DNA of 63,765 nt, counting the filler, from Lama guanicoe (Eukaryota): NCBI GenBank assembly GCA_013239625.1. It is 88 parts of 88 records of this genome, joined end to end, with 100 filler letters (N's around TTAATTAATTAA, not from the genome) between each part and the next. Parts side by side here need not be neighbours in the genome. Positions count along the whole stretch, not along the records: positions 12,118 to 12,620 come from PNXV01026164.1; positions 12,721 to 13,487 come from MU057302.1; positions 13,588 to 14,244 come from MU057306.1; positions 14,345 to 15,327 come from MU057307.1; positions 15,428 to 16,381 come from MU057308.1; positions 16,482 to 17,435 come from PNXV01026189.1; positions 17,536 to 18,145 come from PNXV01026190.1; positions 18,246 to 18,631 come from MU057310.1; 80 more parts are not named here. One strand, 5' to 3'. The notes below the pieces were generated by a model. The model ran no database searches and was not told where the DNA came from. It saw only the letters and a program-made list of their open reading frames with translations. The translations under genes were made by a program, and so were the position numbers. Each line of letters starts with the position of its first letter. Position 1 is the first letter of the stretch. Below, piece by piece: positions 12,515 through 25,709 of this stretch.

Positions 12515-12720
12515 TAAATTATCTTTAATAAGGTCTTTTTCTCTGTTTTGTTACTTTATGTACAATACAAAGCAGGGTCATCAGAAGCCTCTCAATCACA
12601 TAGATGTTAATAGTGAAAAANNNNNNNNNNNNNNNNNNNNNNNNNNNNNNNNNNNNNNNNNNNNTTAATTAATTAANNNNNNNNNNNNNNNNNNNNNNNN
12701 NNNNNNNNNNNNNNNNNNNN

Positions 12721-13487
12721 TGGTGGACCCTCCCCACTCTCAGGATTCAAGAGCCATTGTCTGTGCTTCAGGGAGCTCGAGAGAGAACTCCACGCATCTC
12801 CCTTCCATCACAGGTGTTCCCTGCTAGGGGGATGTCTGAGAAATATCTTCCCTGTCCTTGGGGAGGCAACCGCTGACACTGGGCATGCCAGAGCATACCC
12901 CCAGCATTCCTTGGCAGCCAGACATTAAGAAAACACTCAGGGTAGACGAGCATATTCATTCCGTTACAACCCATGCGCTGCCGATCGTTGGTGGAACATC
13001 CCCTCGCTCAGGATTCCGGAAGCATTGTCTGTGCGTGAGGGAGCACGAGAGACAACTCCACGCAGCTCTCTTCAGTCACAGGTGTTCCCTGTTAGGGGCA
13101 AGTCCCAGAAATAGCTTCCGTGACCTTGGGGAGGCAGCCGCTAACACTGGGCATGCCAGTGCAAACCCCAGCATTCCTTGGCAGCCAGACATTAACAAAA
13201 CACTCAGGGGAGACTAAGTTAGGCATTCCGTTAGAACCCACGCGCTGCCGATCGTTGGTGGAACCTCCCCACGCTCAGGATTCCGGATACATTTTCTGTG
13301 CGTTAGGGAGCTCGAGAGACAACTCCACGCAGCTCTCTTCAGTCACAGGAGTTCCCAGTTAGAGGGAAGTCCGAGAAACATCTTCCCTGACTTTGGGGAG
13401 GCAGCCTCTATCACTGGGAATTCCTGAAACCCCCGCTAATATTCCCTGGCAGAGAGACATTAGGAAAACACTCAGGGCAGACGAGCT
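12721..13487 (+). repeat. CpG-rich 267-bp satellite (family B)
   Basis: CAGGATTC at 12741, 13009, 13276 (267-268 bp). Confidence 0.95.
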
Positions 13488-13587
13488 NNNNNNNNNNNNN
13501 NNNNNNNNNNNNNNNNNNNNNNNNNNNNNNNTTAATTAATTAANNNNNNNNNNNNNNNNNNNNNNNNNNNNNNNNNNNNNNNNNNNN

Positions 13588-14244
13588 CACAACATGGGAA
13601 TACCTGTGCTCCTTGAAAAAAGCATGGAGTCTGTATTCATACCACCAGAACACACATGAAGAAGTTTCCTGCTATCCTGAGTGTGGGCTGGCAATTTCAG
13701 GTGACAGAAGCGGCTGGGTTCTAATAGAATCCCTTAGCTTGTAATCCNNNNNNNNNNNNNNNNNNNNNNNNNNNNNNNNNNNNNNNNNNNNNNNNNNNNN
13801 NNNNNNNNNNNNNNNNNNNNNNNNNNNNTGGACTGAGGTTTAGATGAATTCTCCATAAAGGGAAACACCTGAGCACCCATTCATCTGCGTGGAGTGGGGC
13901 TTCAAATCTCCCCACCACACAAGGTTGGGTTCCAGTATCCTGAGGGTGGGGTGGTTCCTCCAACTGACATCAGTGTCTTGGTTTTAATAGAATCCTTTCG
14001 CTTGTCTTTCCTGATGGTTTGCCTAGGCCAGTGTGTGGTTGAAAATTGGATTTGGGATCTAAAACTAAGTATTAGCGTGTGCCTCTCCATGGGTAGTGGA
14101 GATGTTTAAACTACAACCCACAACTTGGGAATTACTGTGACCCCTGAAAAATGCGTGTGCTCAGTTTCCCCACGCCCAGCACACACAGGAAGAATTGTTC
14201 TGTGGTTCTGAGTGTGGGGAGTTTCCTCCAACAGACAGCAGCAC
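13588..14244 (-). repeat. CpG-depleted 267-bp satellite subfamily (family C)
   Basis: GAG(T/G)GTGGG landmark at 13679, 13942, 14210. Confidence 0.85.
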
Positions 14245-14344
14245 NNNNNNNNNNNNNNNNNNNNNNNNNNNNNNNNNNNNNNNNNNNNTTAATTAATTAA
14301 NNNNNNNNNNNNNNNNNNNNNNNNNNNNNNNNNNNNNNNNNNNN

Positions 14345-15327
14345 TGCAACCCGTTCCATTTGTGCTGGATGAACGAACGTCTCTCCACATACTTAGTTCT
14401 GACAGATAAGTGTTTGTGAAAGCCGTACTTCACCTAGCTTGAAGGGAACACAAAGTTTCTTTTCAGTTGCAAACTCCACTCTATACATAAATATGGGGAG
14501 GTTCAACTTCTAACCCAGTTTTACAGTGAAAAGGGCAGGCACTTCAAACCGGCACTAGGAATCAAACTGAGAAATAAAGGAAGTGTTTCTCCTGCAACCC
14601 GTTCCCTTTGTGTTGGATGAACGTTCGTCTCTCCACATGCTCAGTTCTGAGAGATAAGTGTGTGTGAAAGCCGTCCTTCACCTAGCTTGAAGGGAACACA
14701 AAGTTTCTTTTCAGTTGCAAACTCCACTCCATACATATATATGGGGANNNNNNNNNNNNNNNNNNNNNNNNNNNNNNNNNNNNNNNNNNNNNNNNNNNNN
14801 NNNNNNNNNNNNNNNNNNNNNNNNNNNNNNNNNNNNNNNNNNNNNNNNNNNNNNNNNNNNNNNNNNNNNNNNNNNNNNNNNNNNNNNNNNNNNNNNNNNN
14901 NNNNNNNNNNNNNNNNNNNNNNNNNNNNNNNNNNNNNNNNNNNNNNNNNNNNNNNNNNNNNNNNNNNNNNNNNNNNNNNNNNNNNNNNNNNNNNNNNNNN
15001 NNNNNNNNNNNNNNNNNNNNNNNNNNNNNNNNNNNNNNNNNNNNNNNNNNNNNNNNNNNNNNNNNNNNNNNNNNNNNNNNNNNNNNTCCTGCAACCAGTT
15101 CCGTTTGTGCTGGATGAACGAACGTCTCTCCACATGCTCAGTTTTGAGAGATAAGTGTGTGTGAATGCCGTCCTTCACCTAGTTTGAAGGGAACACAAAG
15201 TTTCTTTACAGTAGCAAATTCCACTCCATACATATATATAGGGAGGTTCACGCTCCAAACGGGATTTACAGTGAAAAAGGCAGGCACTTCAAACTGGCAC
15301 TAGGAAACAGTCTGAGAAACCAGAGTA
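14345..15327 (+). repeat. ~248-bp satellite (family A)
   Basis: TTGCAAACTCC at 14467 and 14715 (248 bp). Confidence 0.93.
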
Positions 15328-15427
15328 NNNNNNNNNNNNNNNNNNNNNNNNNNNNNNNNNNNNNNNNNNNNTTAATTAATTAANNNNNNNNNNNNNNNNN
15401 NNNNNNNNNNNNNNNNNNNNNNNNNNN

Positions 15428-16381
15428 TTAAAAATTTTTGATTCTATATTCTCTATTCTATATTCTATACTCTGTTTTCTTCTTTCAATTTTCTAAATCC
15501 TATATTCAGTATTCTGTGGTCTGTATTTTAGATTCTGTGTTCTACATTCCATATTCTAAATCCTATATTCAGCATTTTGTATTAAATATTCAATATTCTG
15601 TGTTCCGCATTCTATATTCTAAATTCTATATTCAGTATTCTGTATTCTATATTCTAAATTCTGTGTTCAGCATTTCATGTTCTAAATTCTGGGTTCTATA
15701 TTCTCTATTCTATATTATATATTCAGTGTTCTACATTCTATAATCTTAATTCTATATTCAGTGTTCTGTATTCTATATTCTANNNNNNNNNNNNNNNNNN
15801 NNNNNNNNNNNNNNNNNNNNNNNNNNNNNNNNNNNNNNNNNNNAAATTTTGTTTTCTGCATACCATGTTCTAAATTATGAGTTATGTATTAAGTTTTCAA
15901 TATTTTATATTCTGTTTTCTATATTCTATATACCGTATTCTATATTCTGCATTCCGTATTCTATATTCTTTATTGTGTGTTCTACATTATATATTCGTAA
16001 TTCTATATTCAGTATTCTGTATTGCATATTCTAAATTCTGAGTTATGCATTCCATGTTGTAAATTCTGTGTTCTATATTCTCTATTCTATATTATATATT
16101 CTGTTTTCTACATTGTATTTTCAAAATTCTATATTCAGTATTCTGTAATCTATATTCTAAATCCTGTGTTCTGCATTCTATATTCTAAATTCTATGTTCA
16201 GTGTTCTGAATTCTATATTCTTAATTCTCTGTTCTGCATTCCATTATCTAAATTCTGGTTTCTATATTCTCTATTCTATATTCTATATTTTGGGTTATTC
16301 ATTCTATGTTCTACATTCTATATCCTGCATTACGTATTCTATATTCTATATTCTGATTTCTTCATTCTATATTCTAAATTC
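15428..16381 (-). repeat. Heptamer satellite (family D)
   Basis: ATATTCT periodicity (reverse complement of AGAATAT). Confidence 0.95.
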
Positions 16382-16481
16382 NNNNNNNNNNNNNNNNNNN
16401 NNNNNNNNNNNNNNNNNNNNNNNNNTTAATTAATTAANNNNNNNNNNNNNNNNNNNNNNNNNNNNNNNNNNNNNNNNNNNN

Positions 16482-17435
16482 AAAAAAAAACTCCCTGCAA
16501 ACAAAAGTCCAGAACCAGATGACTTCACTGGGGGAACTCTATCAAACATACAAAGAAGAGCTCATACCAATCCTTCTCAAACTCCTCCAAAAAACTGAAA
16601 AGAAGGGAATACTCCCAATTCATTCTATGAAGACACCATCACCCTGATACCAAAGCCAGACAAAGACACTACCAAAAAAGAAAACTATAGGCCAATATTG
16701 ATGAACGTAGATGCAAATATCCTCAACAAAATATTAGCAAACAGAATCCAGCAACACATAAAAAAGGTAACACACCATGATCATGTTGGGTTCATCCCAG
16801 GGATGCAAGGATGGTTCAACATACACAAATCAATCAAAGTGATACACCACATCCACAAGAGAAAGTATAACAATAACATGATCACCTCAATAGATGCAGG
16901 AAAAACATTTGATAAACTTCAACACCCATTTATGATAAAACCTCTCACCAAAGTAGGTATAGAGGGAACATACCTCAACATAATAAAAGCTATTGGTGAC
17001 AATGACAAACCTACAGCCAGAATAATACTCAATGGTGAAAAGCTGAACGCCTTCCCCCTAAAAAATGGAAGAAGATAAGAATGTCCACTCTTATCACTTG
17101 TATTCAGTATAGTATTGGAAGTCCTTGCCACAGCAATAAGACAAGAAAAGGGAGAAAATGGATTCAAATTGGAAGAGAAGAGGTAAAATTGTCATTATAT
17201 GCAGATGACATGTTACTATATACAGAAAACCCTAAAGGCTCCACGCATAAACTACTAGAGCTAATGAAAGATTTCAGCAAGGTAGCAAGATATAAGATTA
17301 ACATACAGAAATCACTGGCATTTCTTTACATTCAGAATGAAATATCACAAAAGGAAATTAAAGAAACAATCCTGTTTAAAATTGCATCCAAAAAATATTG
17401 AATACTTAGGAATAAATCTGATCAAGGAAGTGAAA
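16482..17435 (+). mobile_element. LINE-1 ORF2 reverse-transcriptase fragment (frameshifted)
   Basis: ORFs [22 protein letters not shown]...[12 protein letters not shown] and [24 protein letters not shown] at 17198-17209. Confidence 0.97.
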
Positions 17436-17989
17436 NNNNNNNNNNNNNNNNNNNNNNNNNNNNNNNNNNNNNNNNNNNNTTAATTAATTAANNNNNNNNN
17501 NNNNNNNNNNNNNNNNNNNNNNNNNNNNNNNNNNNCACCTTTGGCCTTTGCAACCCACTGTTGGTCATTAGCAAAGCATCCTCACGTCCTGCATGTGTCT
17601 GAGTTGTGAGGGAACAGAACTCAGCAGTTTAAAAACAGTAGTGACTATGACCAGTCTGAACAGCCACTCTCCTTCCCTGACCACAACCCCACAGGGCAAC
17701 AGGGGGCTCGCAACCACAGCGATTCCCATGCCAGCCCATCAGGGAAACTTCTTCCCTAGAAAATCTTACAACCAGGGCTGTTTCCTCCCTTACTTCATTG
17801 CCAGTTTCACTCCCAGATTACAGTCCCCAACAAAAGGCTATAACAGTTTGAATTTCTTAATCAAGTCACATTGACCCTGAGTCCCTAGCATTTACCTATG
17901 AGCACTCACAGAAACAGAACAGGGCCTGGCAGTGGCTGTGGGCCATGTTTCTGGGTGAGGGGACTTGCTGGGCCCTTCAGGTTCAGTAG

Positions 17990-18110
17990 TCTGGCCCGAG
18001 CCCAGCTCCCAACACGGCGTCTTCCCATCTGCATGATTTTGGGCCAGGCTTCAAAAGTTCAGAGCTTCATTTTATCATCTGCAGACAGAATAATTACCTG
18101 CTGCATATTT
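17990..18110 (+). mobile_element. MIR fragment
   Basis: cccagctcc...tgcatgattttgggccagg...tcatctgca resembles MIR core. Confidence 0.45.
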
Positions 18111-18245
18111 TAAGACTGTTATGTACCACAAAGGGAATTCAGTGANNNNNNNNNNNNNNNNNNNNNNNNNNNNNNNNNNNNNNNNNNNNTTAATTAATTA
18201 ANNNNNNNNNNNNNNNNNNNNNNNNNNNNNNNNNNNNNNNNNNNN

Positions 18246-18631
18246 ACTGACAATGGTTGCGGAATCCTGAGCGTGGGGAGGTTCCACCAATGGTTGGCAG
18301 CGCGTAGGTTCTTACGGATTGCCTAAGCTCGTCTCCCCTGGGTTTTTTCCAAATATCTCTGTGCCAGGAAATGCTAGGGGGGGTTGCAGGAAATCCCAGT
18401 GACAGAGGCTGCCTCCCCAAGTTCAGGGAAGGTATTTCTCAGAATTCCCCCTAACATGGAACACTTGTGNNNNNNNNNNNNNNNNNNNNNNNNNNNNNNN
18501 NNNNNTTCCGGCATCCGTGGGGAGGTTCCACCAACGGTCGGCAGCGCGTGGGTTCTAACGGAATGCCTAAGCTCGTCTCCCCTGAGGGTTTTCCTAATGT
18601 CTCTGTGCCAGGGAATGCTAGGGGGGGGGGG
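18246..18631 (-). repeat. CpG-rich 267-bp satellite (family B)
   Basis: Reverse complement of the 12721-13487 monomer (gaatcctgagcgtggggaggttccaccaa). Confidence 0.93.
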
Positions 18632-18731
18632 NNNNNNNNNNNNNNNNNNNNNNNNNNNNNNNNNNNNNNNNNNNNTTAATTAATTAANNNNNNNNNNNNN
18701 NNNNNNNNNNNNNNNNNNNNNNNNNNNNNNN

Positions 18732-19523
18732 TAGAACTTAGAATATAGAATACAGAAACCAGAATTTAGAACACGGAATGGAGAAGAGAGAATTTATAAA
18801 AATAAAAAAGTATACAGAATATACAATGTAGAATATAGAATGTAGAATACAAAATATAGCATATAGAATACACAATGCAGAACGCAGTATTTAGAACATG
18901 GAATTTAGAACGCAGAATATAGAATATAGAATACAGAAATAGAATGTAGAATATAGAATGTAGATACAGTATATAGAATATAGAATACAGAATATAGAAA
19001 GAATGTAGAAAATGTAGAACAAAGAATATAGAATATAGAATTCAGAATACAGAACACAGAATTAAGAACATGGAATTCAGAACGCAGAGTTTAGAATACA
19101 GGTTACAATATACATAAAATAGAATGTAGAATACAGAATTCAGAATACATATTATAGAATACAGAGTACAGAATGCAGAAACCAGAATTAACGACATGGA
19201 ATTCAGAACACAGGATATAGAATATACTATAAAATAATAAAATGTAGAAATTAGAATGCAGAACACAGAATATAAAAAATAGATTTCAGAATACATCACC
19301 CAGAATATAGAAAATTGAATGCAGAACTCAGAATATAGAATATAGAATTCAGAATAGAGAATGTAGAATACAGAATGTAGAACACAGAATATAGAATATA
19401 GGATAAAGAACCCAAAATTTAGAACATGCAATGCAGAACACTGATTATAGAATATAGAATACAGAACAGAGAATCCAAAATTTAGGCATGAAATGCAGAA
19501 GACAGAATATAGAATATAGATTT
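18732..19523 (+). repeat. Heptamer satellite (family D)
   Basis: 7-bp AGAATAT periodicity. Confidence 0.95.
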
Positions 19524-19623
19524 NNNNNNNNNNNNNNNNNNNNNNNNNNNNNNNNNNNNNNNNNNNNTTAATTAATTAANNNNNNNNNNNNNNNNNNNNN
19601 NNNNNNNNNNNNNNNNNNNNNNN

Positions 19624-20501
19624 GTCTGACTTCATAGGTTTTTCCTATCACCAGGCTCTAAAATCGGACTTTGGAACCGGAAAACACACACTGAGCGAAT
19701 TATCACCAATATATATGTAATTTATATTGTTTACATAACCATGGCATTCCAAATTCCGAACATGTTTGATGCAACACGGATTCCTTAATCATGCATTTCT
19801 TATTTGTGGACATGCACATGACTGATGTTTCAACCATAACTATTTACTTATGCAATTTGAAATATTTACTTTGACTTCGTAGCTTCTTCCTATCTCCAGT
19901 TTCAAGAATCACACTTTGATCCCAGAAAAACCCTCTTGGAACTGATTCTACCCTAGNNNNNNNNNNNNNNNNNNNNNNNNNNGATTCCATCTACATGATA
20001 TTCCGTGTTCTGTACATGCTACATGCATGACAAATTCGACAAACATGCATTCCTGAGTTGAGAGCATGTGGATTACTGATCTTTCAACCTCTTTAAAAGG
20101 AATATTTTCATCTAGACATGTGTACTATTTTTCACAATGTTTCCCTAATACCAGTTACGAATTCGTGCATTTTTTCACAAAAAAATACTTCTGGAGCGAT
20201 TTCAATCTAACAGATATGTAATTTAAATGAATTCCATCAACATGGCATTCCGGGTTCCGTACATGATACATGCATGACGGATTCGTCAAACATGAGTTTC
20301 TGAGTTGTGAGCATGTGCATTAGTGAACTTTCATCCACCAAACAAGGCATATATACACTTAGAAATATTTCCTCTTACTTCATAGGTTTTTTCTATCACC
20401 TGGTTCTAAATTTGGACAATTGGCACCAGAAAACACTCTTTGAGCGAATTCCCACCAATATATATGTAATTTACATTGTTTACATAAACGTGGCATTCCG
20501 T
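19624..20501 (-). repeat. Diverged ~248-bp satellite (family F) with apparent ~748-bp trimer; related to family A
   Basis: CATGGCATTCC-like landmarks at 19740, 19994, 20241, 20489; 19630-19750 best matches 20378-20500; reverse complement aligns with family A. Confidence 0.8.
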
Positions 20502-20601
20502 NNNNNNNNNNNNNNNNNNNNNNNNNNNNNNNNNNNNNNNNNNNNTTAATTAATTAANNNNNNNNNNNNNNNNNNNNNNNNNNNNNNNNNNNNNNNNNNN
20601 N

Positions 20602-20980
20602 TGAAGTAAGCCAGAAAGAGAAAGAAAAATACTGCATGATATCACTTATACGTGAAATCTGAAAAAAAGAAAGACAAATGAACTTGTCAGAAATAGACTC
20701 ATAGACATAGAAAACAAACTTATGGTTACCAGGGGGAAAGGGGATGGGAAGGGATAAATTGGGAGTTCAAGATTTGCAGATACTAACTAGTATACATGAA
20801 ATAAATAACAGGTGTATACTGTAGGGCACAGGGAACTATATTCAATATCTTATAGTAATCTCTGGTGAAAAAGAATATGAAAACGAATATATGTGTATAT
20901 TCCTATATGACTGAAGCGTTGTGTTGGACACCAGAAATTGACTTAACAGTGTAAACTGACTATACTTCAAAAAAAAAAAA
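20602..20980 (+). mobile_element. LINE-1 3' end with poly(A)
   Basis: tgaagtaagccagaaagagaaagaaaaatac...cacagggaactatattcaatatc...gtaaactgactatacttcaaaaaaaaa, typical cetartiodactyl L1 3'UTR. Confidence 0.92.
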
Positions 20981-22014
20981 NNNNNNNNNNNNNNNNNNNN
21001 NNNNNNNNNNNNNNNNNNNNNNNNNNNNNNNNNNNNNNNNNNNNNNNNNNNNNNNNNNNNNNNNNNNNNNNNNNNNNNNNNNNNNNNNNNNNNNNNNNNN
21101 NNNNNNNNNNNNNNNNNNNNNNNNNNNNNNNNNNNNNNNNNNNNNNNNNNNNNNNNNNNNNNNNNNNNNNNNNNNNNNNNNNNNNNNNNNGAGCCAAAAT
21201 TAAAAAAGTGGTCACAATATTCAATTATAAGGAAAAAAAGGAAAAAAAAAACGACAGCAAAGAGCTGGATGAACTTGAACATTGCCATGAGACTGAGAAG
21301 AGAATTAGACAGACAGTCACATAGATTTGTAGCCTGGAATGTATAAAAAGTCATGCACCGAGCCCTGTGGACCTGAGCAGTTGTGAGCTGGCCTCAGGGA
21401 GTGTCNNNNNNNNNNNNNNNNNNNNNNNNNNNNNNNNNNNNNNNNNNNNTTAATTAATTAANNNNNNNNNNNNNNNNNNNNNNNNNNNNNNNNNNNNNNN
21501 NNNNNTTGCCATTAGTTAAAGGGTTGTGATAATAAATACTCAAATAGCACAACTTAGGACTCAACAAATTGTAATAAAAGCACAGCAGTGCTTCACATAA
21601 AAAAAAAAAAGAAGACTGTGTTGCCTAGATATGACCCCTCACGTGCTGTTCAGTCTGAACTGTATGAGGGCACCTTTACCTTGGTAGACCTGGATCAAGC
21701 AAAGAACTTCTGCTAAATACAAAGATGGAAAAGACAGAGTTTTGGTCTTCAAGGTGCTCATAAGACAACAGAGTTGTCCCTGGTTAACGTCTGTATTTTT
21801 TTTAAACAGGATTTTCACAGAAAACATTCTTATCTGTTAATTCACCCACTTAACAGATGACTCTCAAGTGTCGTTTAGGTACTGAGCGCCACTCTGACGT
21901 TGCAGAATGCAAACNNNNNNNNNNNNNNNNNNNNNNNNNNNNNNNNNNNNNNNNNNNNTTAATTAATTAANNNNNNNNNNNNNNNNNNNNNNNNNNNNNN
22001 NNNNNNNNNNNNNN

Positions 22015-22509
22015 TGTATCTTTTTGAATTAGAGTTATCTCCAGATATATGCCCAGGAGTGGTATTGCTAGATCATATTGTAACTTTATTTTTATTTTTT
22101 GTTAAGGAATCTCCATACTGTTTTCCATAATAGCTGTACCAAAATACATTCTCACCAGCAGTGTGTGAGGGCTCCCTTTTCTCCACACTCTCTCTTGCGT
22201 TTATCATTCATGGACTTTTTAATGATGGCTTTTGGTAGTGTGACCATTTTAACAATATTAATTTCTCCAATCCAAGACCATGGGATATCTTTCTATTTCT
22301 TTGAGTTATCTTTAATTCCCTTAATTAATGTTTTCTAGTTCTCCTGATACAAATCTTTCCCCTCCTTGGTCAGATTTATTCCTAAGAATTTTTTTTTAAT
22401 TGGATGAGATTTTAAAAGAGATTGTTTCTTTAACTGATATTTCATTGTTAGTGTGAAGAAATGCAAATCACTTGTCTATGTTAATCTTGTATCCTGCTAC
22501 CTTGCCAAA
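22015..22509 (-). mobile_element. LINE-1 ORF2 fragments joined at ~22229
   Basis: Antisense ORF2 C-terminal motif (ctccatactgttttccataatagctgtacc) abuts an antisense RT-proximal motif (ccattttaacaatattaatt...cctaag). Confidence 0.85.
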
Positions 22510-23279
22510 NNNNNNNNNNNNNNNNNNNNNNNNNNNNNNNNNNNNNNNNNNNNTTAATTAATTAANNNNNNNNNNNNNNNNNNNNNNNNNNNNNNNNNNN
22601 NNNNNNNNNCTGGGACAATCAGAGAATCACCTGGAAAAAGCAAATTCTATTCCAGTCACAATGACTGCAAGAAAAATTACAGAAAGTGATGTGAATTTTA
22701 GAAAGTACTAATAACAGCAAATACAACCCTTTGCTCATATTAATTCAACTTCTCCTCACTATGACAAGTACCATTATCATCTCCATCTTAGAGATTAAAA
22801 AAACCTACAGAAGNNNNNNNNNNNNNNNNNNNNNNNNNNNNNNNNNNNNNNNNNNNNNNNNNNNNNNNNNNNNNNNNNNNNNNNNNNNNNNNNNNNNNNN
22901 NNNNNNNNNNNNNNNNNNNNNNNNNNNNNNNNNNNNNNNNNNNNNNNNNNNNNNNNNNNNNNNNNNNNNNNNNNNNNNNNNNNNNNNNNNNNNNNNNNNN
23001 NNNNNNNNNNNNNNNNNNNNNNNNNNNNNNNNNNNNNNNNNNNNNNNNNNNNNNNNNNNNNNNNNNNNNNNNNNNNNNNNNNNNNNNNNNNNNNNNNNNN
23101 NNNNNNNNNNNNNNNNNNNNNNNNNNNNNNNNNNNNNNNNNNNNNNNNNNNNNNNNNNNNNNNNNNNNNNNNCATATTGCCAAACATTTTTCAAATATAT
23201 TCTAGCTAGTGTCCATCTGTGGGAGAAAAACCTGTGTGAGATCTTTTTGGAGGATGACATGTCAATGGATATGTAAACT

Positions 23280-23690
23280 CTGAAAAAAGTGTGTACACAC
23301 AGACTCAACTCCACTTTAAGGAATCTTTTCGTTTAAAAAAAATCAGTTCAAAAAATGTACTCATCAGAGTATTTACACAGCACTGTATACAATGGTGGGA
23401 AGAAAAGCTGAAGTGAAATCATATCCAGCAATAGAGAATTGGTTACATAAGTTATTTTACATCTTTTCATTCCCCACTGGAGAAGGAATTTCTAGAGTCA
23501 CTTGAAAGGAGCCTGTGATGTATGTAATTGTCACATCCACGGACTAAATTTTCAGAATCCTTAACTAAAGGAATACTTATACAAGATCACAGGAATATTT
23601 GTATAAGAATGATGCCAGTCAAACATCCTTTCTGACAGTGAAAATTGGAGAAAACTTAAGTGTCCACCATCAAGACAATGATGCCGTAAA
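23280..23690 (+). mobile_element. Old LINE-1 (L1M-like) 3' fragments
   Basis: aactccactttaaggaatc...tatccagcaatagagaattgg and gtgaaaattggagaaaacttaagtgtccacc. Confidence 0.5.
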
Positions 23691-23790
23691 NNNNNNNNNN
23701 NNNNNNNNNNNNNNNNNNNNNNNNNNNNNNNNNNTTAATTAATTAANNNNNNNNNNNNNNNNNNNNNNNNNNNNNNNNNNNNNNNNNNNN

Positions 23791-24650
23791 TCTGTTCTAC
23801 ATTCTATATTCTAAATACTCTATTCAGTTGTCTGTATTCCATATTATAAATTCTGTGTTCTGCATTCTTTCTTCTAAATTCTATATTCAGTATTATGTAA
23901 TCTATATTCTAAATTCTGTGTTCTGCATTTCATGTTCTTAGTTCTGGGTTCTGAATTCTGTTTTCCATAATTTATATTCTGTGTTCTAAATTCTATACTC
24001 TTTATTCTATATTCTGCTTCCGTATTCTACAATATATTCTGTGTTCTACGTTCTATATTCCAAATTCTATATTCAGTATTCTNNNNNNNNNNNNNNNNNN
24101 NNNNNNNNNNNNNNNNNNNNNNNNNNNNNNNNNNTATTCAGTATATTATATATTCGATATTCTGAGTTCTGATTTCCATGTTCCAAAATCTGGCTTAAAT
24201 ATTCTCTAAGCTGTATTTTTTCTTCTGTTTTTTACATTCTATATTCTAAATTATATGTTCAGTATTATGTATTCTTTATTCCATATTCCGTGTTGTACAT
24301 TCAATTATTTTTAATTTTTTTTTAAGTATTCTGTATACTATATTAGAAATTCTGTGTTATGAATTCCATGTTGTAAATTCTGGGTTCTATATTCTCTTTT
24401 CTATATTCTATATTCTGTGTTCTACATTGTATATTCTAAATTCTATATTCAGCATTCTGTATTCTATATTCTAAATTTTGTGTTCTACATTCTATATTCT
24501 AAATTCTATATTCAGTGTTATGTATTCTATAATCTAAATTATCTGATCTGCATTCCATGTTCTAAATTCTCTATTTTATATTCTATATTCTGTGTTCTTC
24601 TTTCTATATTCTAAATTCAATATTCTGTATTCTGTATTCTATATTCTAAA
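23791..24650 (-). repeat. Heptamer satellite (family D)
   Basis: ATATTCT periodicity. Confidence 0.95.
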
Positions 24651-24750
24651 NNNNNNNNNNNNNNNNNNNNNNNNNNNNNNNNNNNNNNNNNNNNTTAATT
24701 AATTAANNNNNNNNNNNNNNNNNNNNNNNNNNNNNNNNNNNNNNNNNNNN

Positions 24751-25709
24751 GGTAGGTCTATTGGGGTTCCACCTCCTTTGGATGCTGTGTAATTCCTGAT
24801 TTCGCATAATGATTCTTTCTTGGCTTTCAGCAAGTTTCAGTGTGATTTTTCTACAGATAAATTTTCAGACATTTTTTGTTCCTTTATCTCTTGCTTTTCC
24901 ATCTGGGACTCTTATGAATTCTAGTCTTTCATGCCCTGTCTTAACCCAGGATTCAACAGCAATGTTTTCATTGGTTTGCACTTGCTTTCCTATGTCNNNN
25001 NNNNNNNNNNNNNNNNNNNNNNNNNNNNNNNNNNNNNNNNNNNNNNNNNNNNNNNNNNNNNNNNNNNNNNNNNNNNNNNNNNNNNNNNNNNNNNNNNNNN
25101 NNNNNNNNNNNNNNNNNNNNNNNNNNNNNNNNNNNNNNNNNNNNNNNNNNNNNNNNNNNNNNNNNNNNNNNNNNNNNNNNNNNNNNNNNNNNNNNNNNNN
25201 NNNNNNNNNNNNNNNNNNNNNNNNNNNNNNNNNNNNNNNNNNNNNNNNNNNNNNNNNNNNNNNNNNNNNNNNNNNNNNNNNNNNNNNNNNNNNNNNNNNN
25301 NNNNNNNNNNNNNNNNNNNNNNNNNNNNNNNNNNNNNNNNNNNNNNNNNNNGTAATATCAGTAGTGTAGACTTCTAGGGCTTTGTTAAGTGAAATTTTTA
25401 GACTCTTGGCTCTACGCAATTCCATGGGATTTCTGTGAGGACAATTTCTCCTAGACATTGATGCCATATTCTGTTCCTGTGTGTGTTGTCTGGTATATCT
25501 CCAATTGCTGGTGTTGCTTTAGTTGTGATGAACAAACCATTCTATATCTATTAGCATAACTTCATTTTTATTACGTTTATCTCACAATTCTGAAAGTGCA
25601 CAGGACAGTATCTCTTGCAGAAAAGAGGCTTCTAAGGGTTCTCAACTCTGCATTATGCTCTATGATATTTTGGTGTGTTTCCAAAACAGCAAACTGAGAG
25701 TGCGCTTGT
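24751..25709 (-). repeat. Family E element; 24751-24996 is decayed antisense L1 ORF1
   Basis: 25352-25709 is the reverse complement of ~55933-56295; left part resembles antisense ORF1. Confidence 0.8.
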
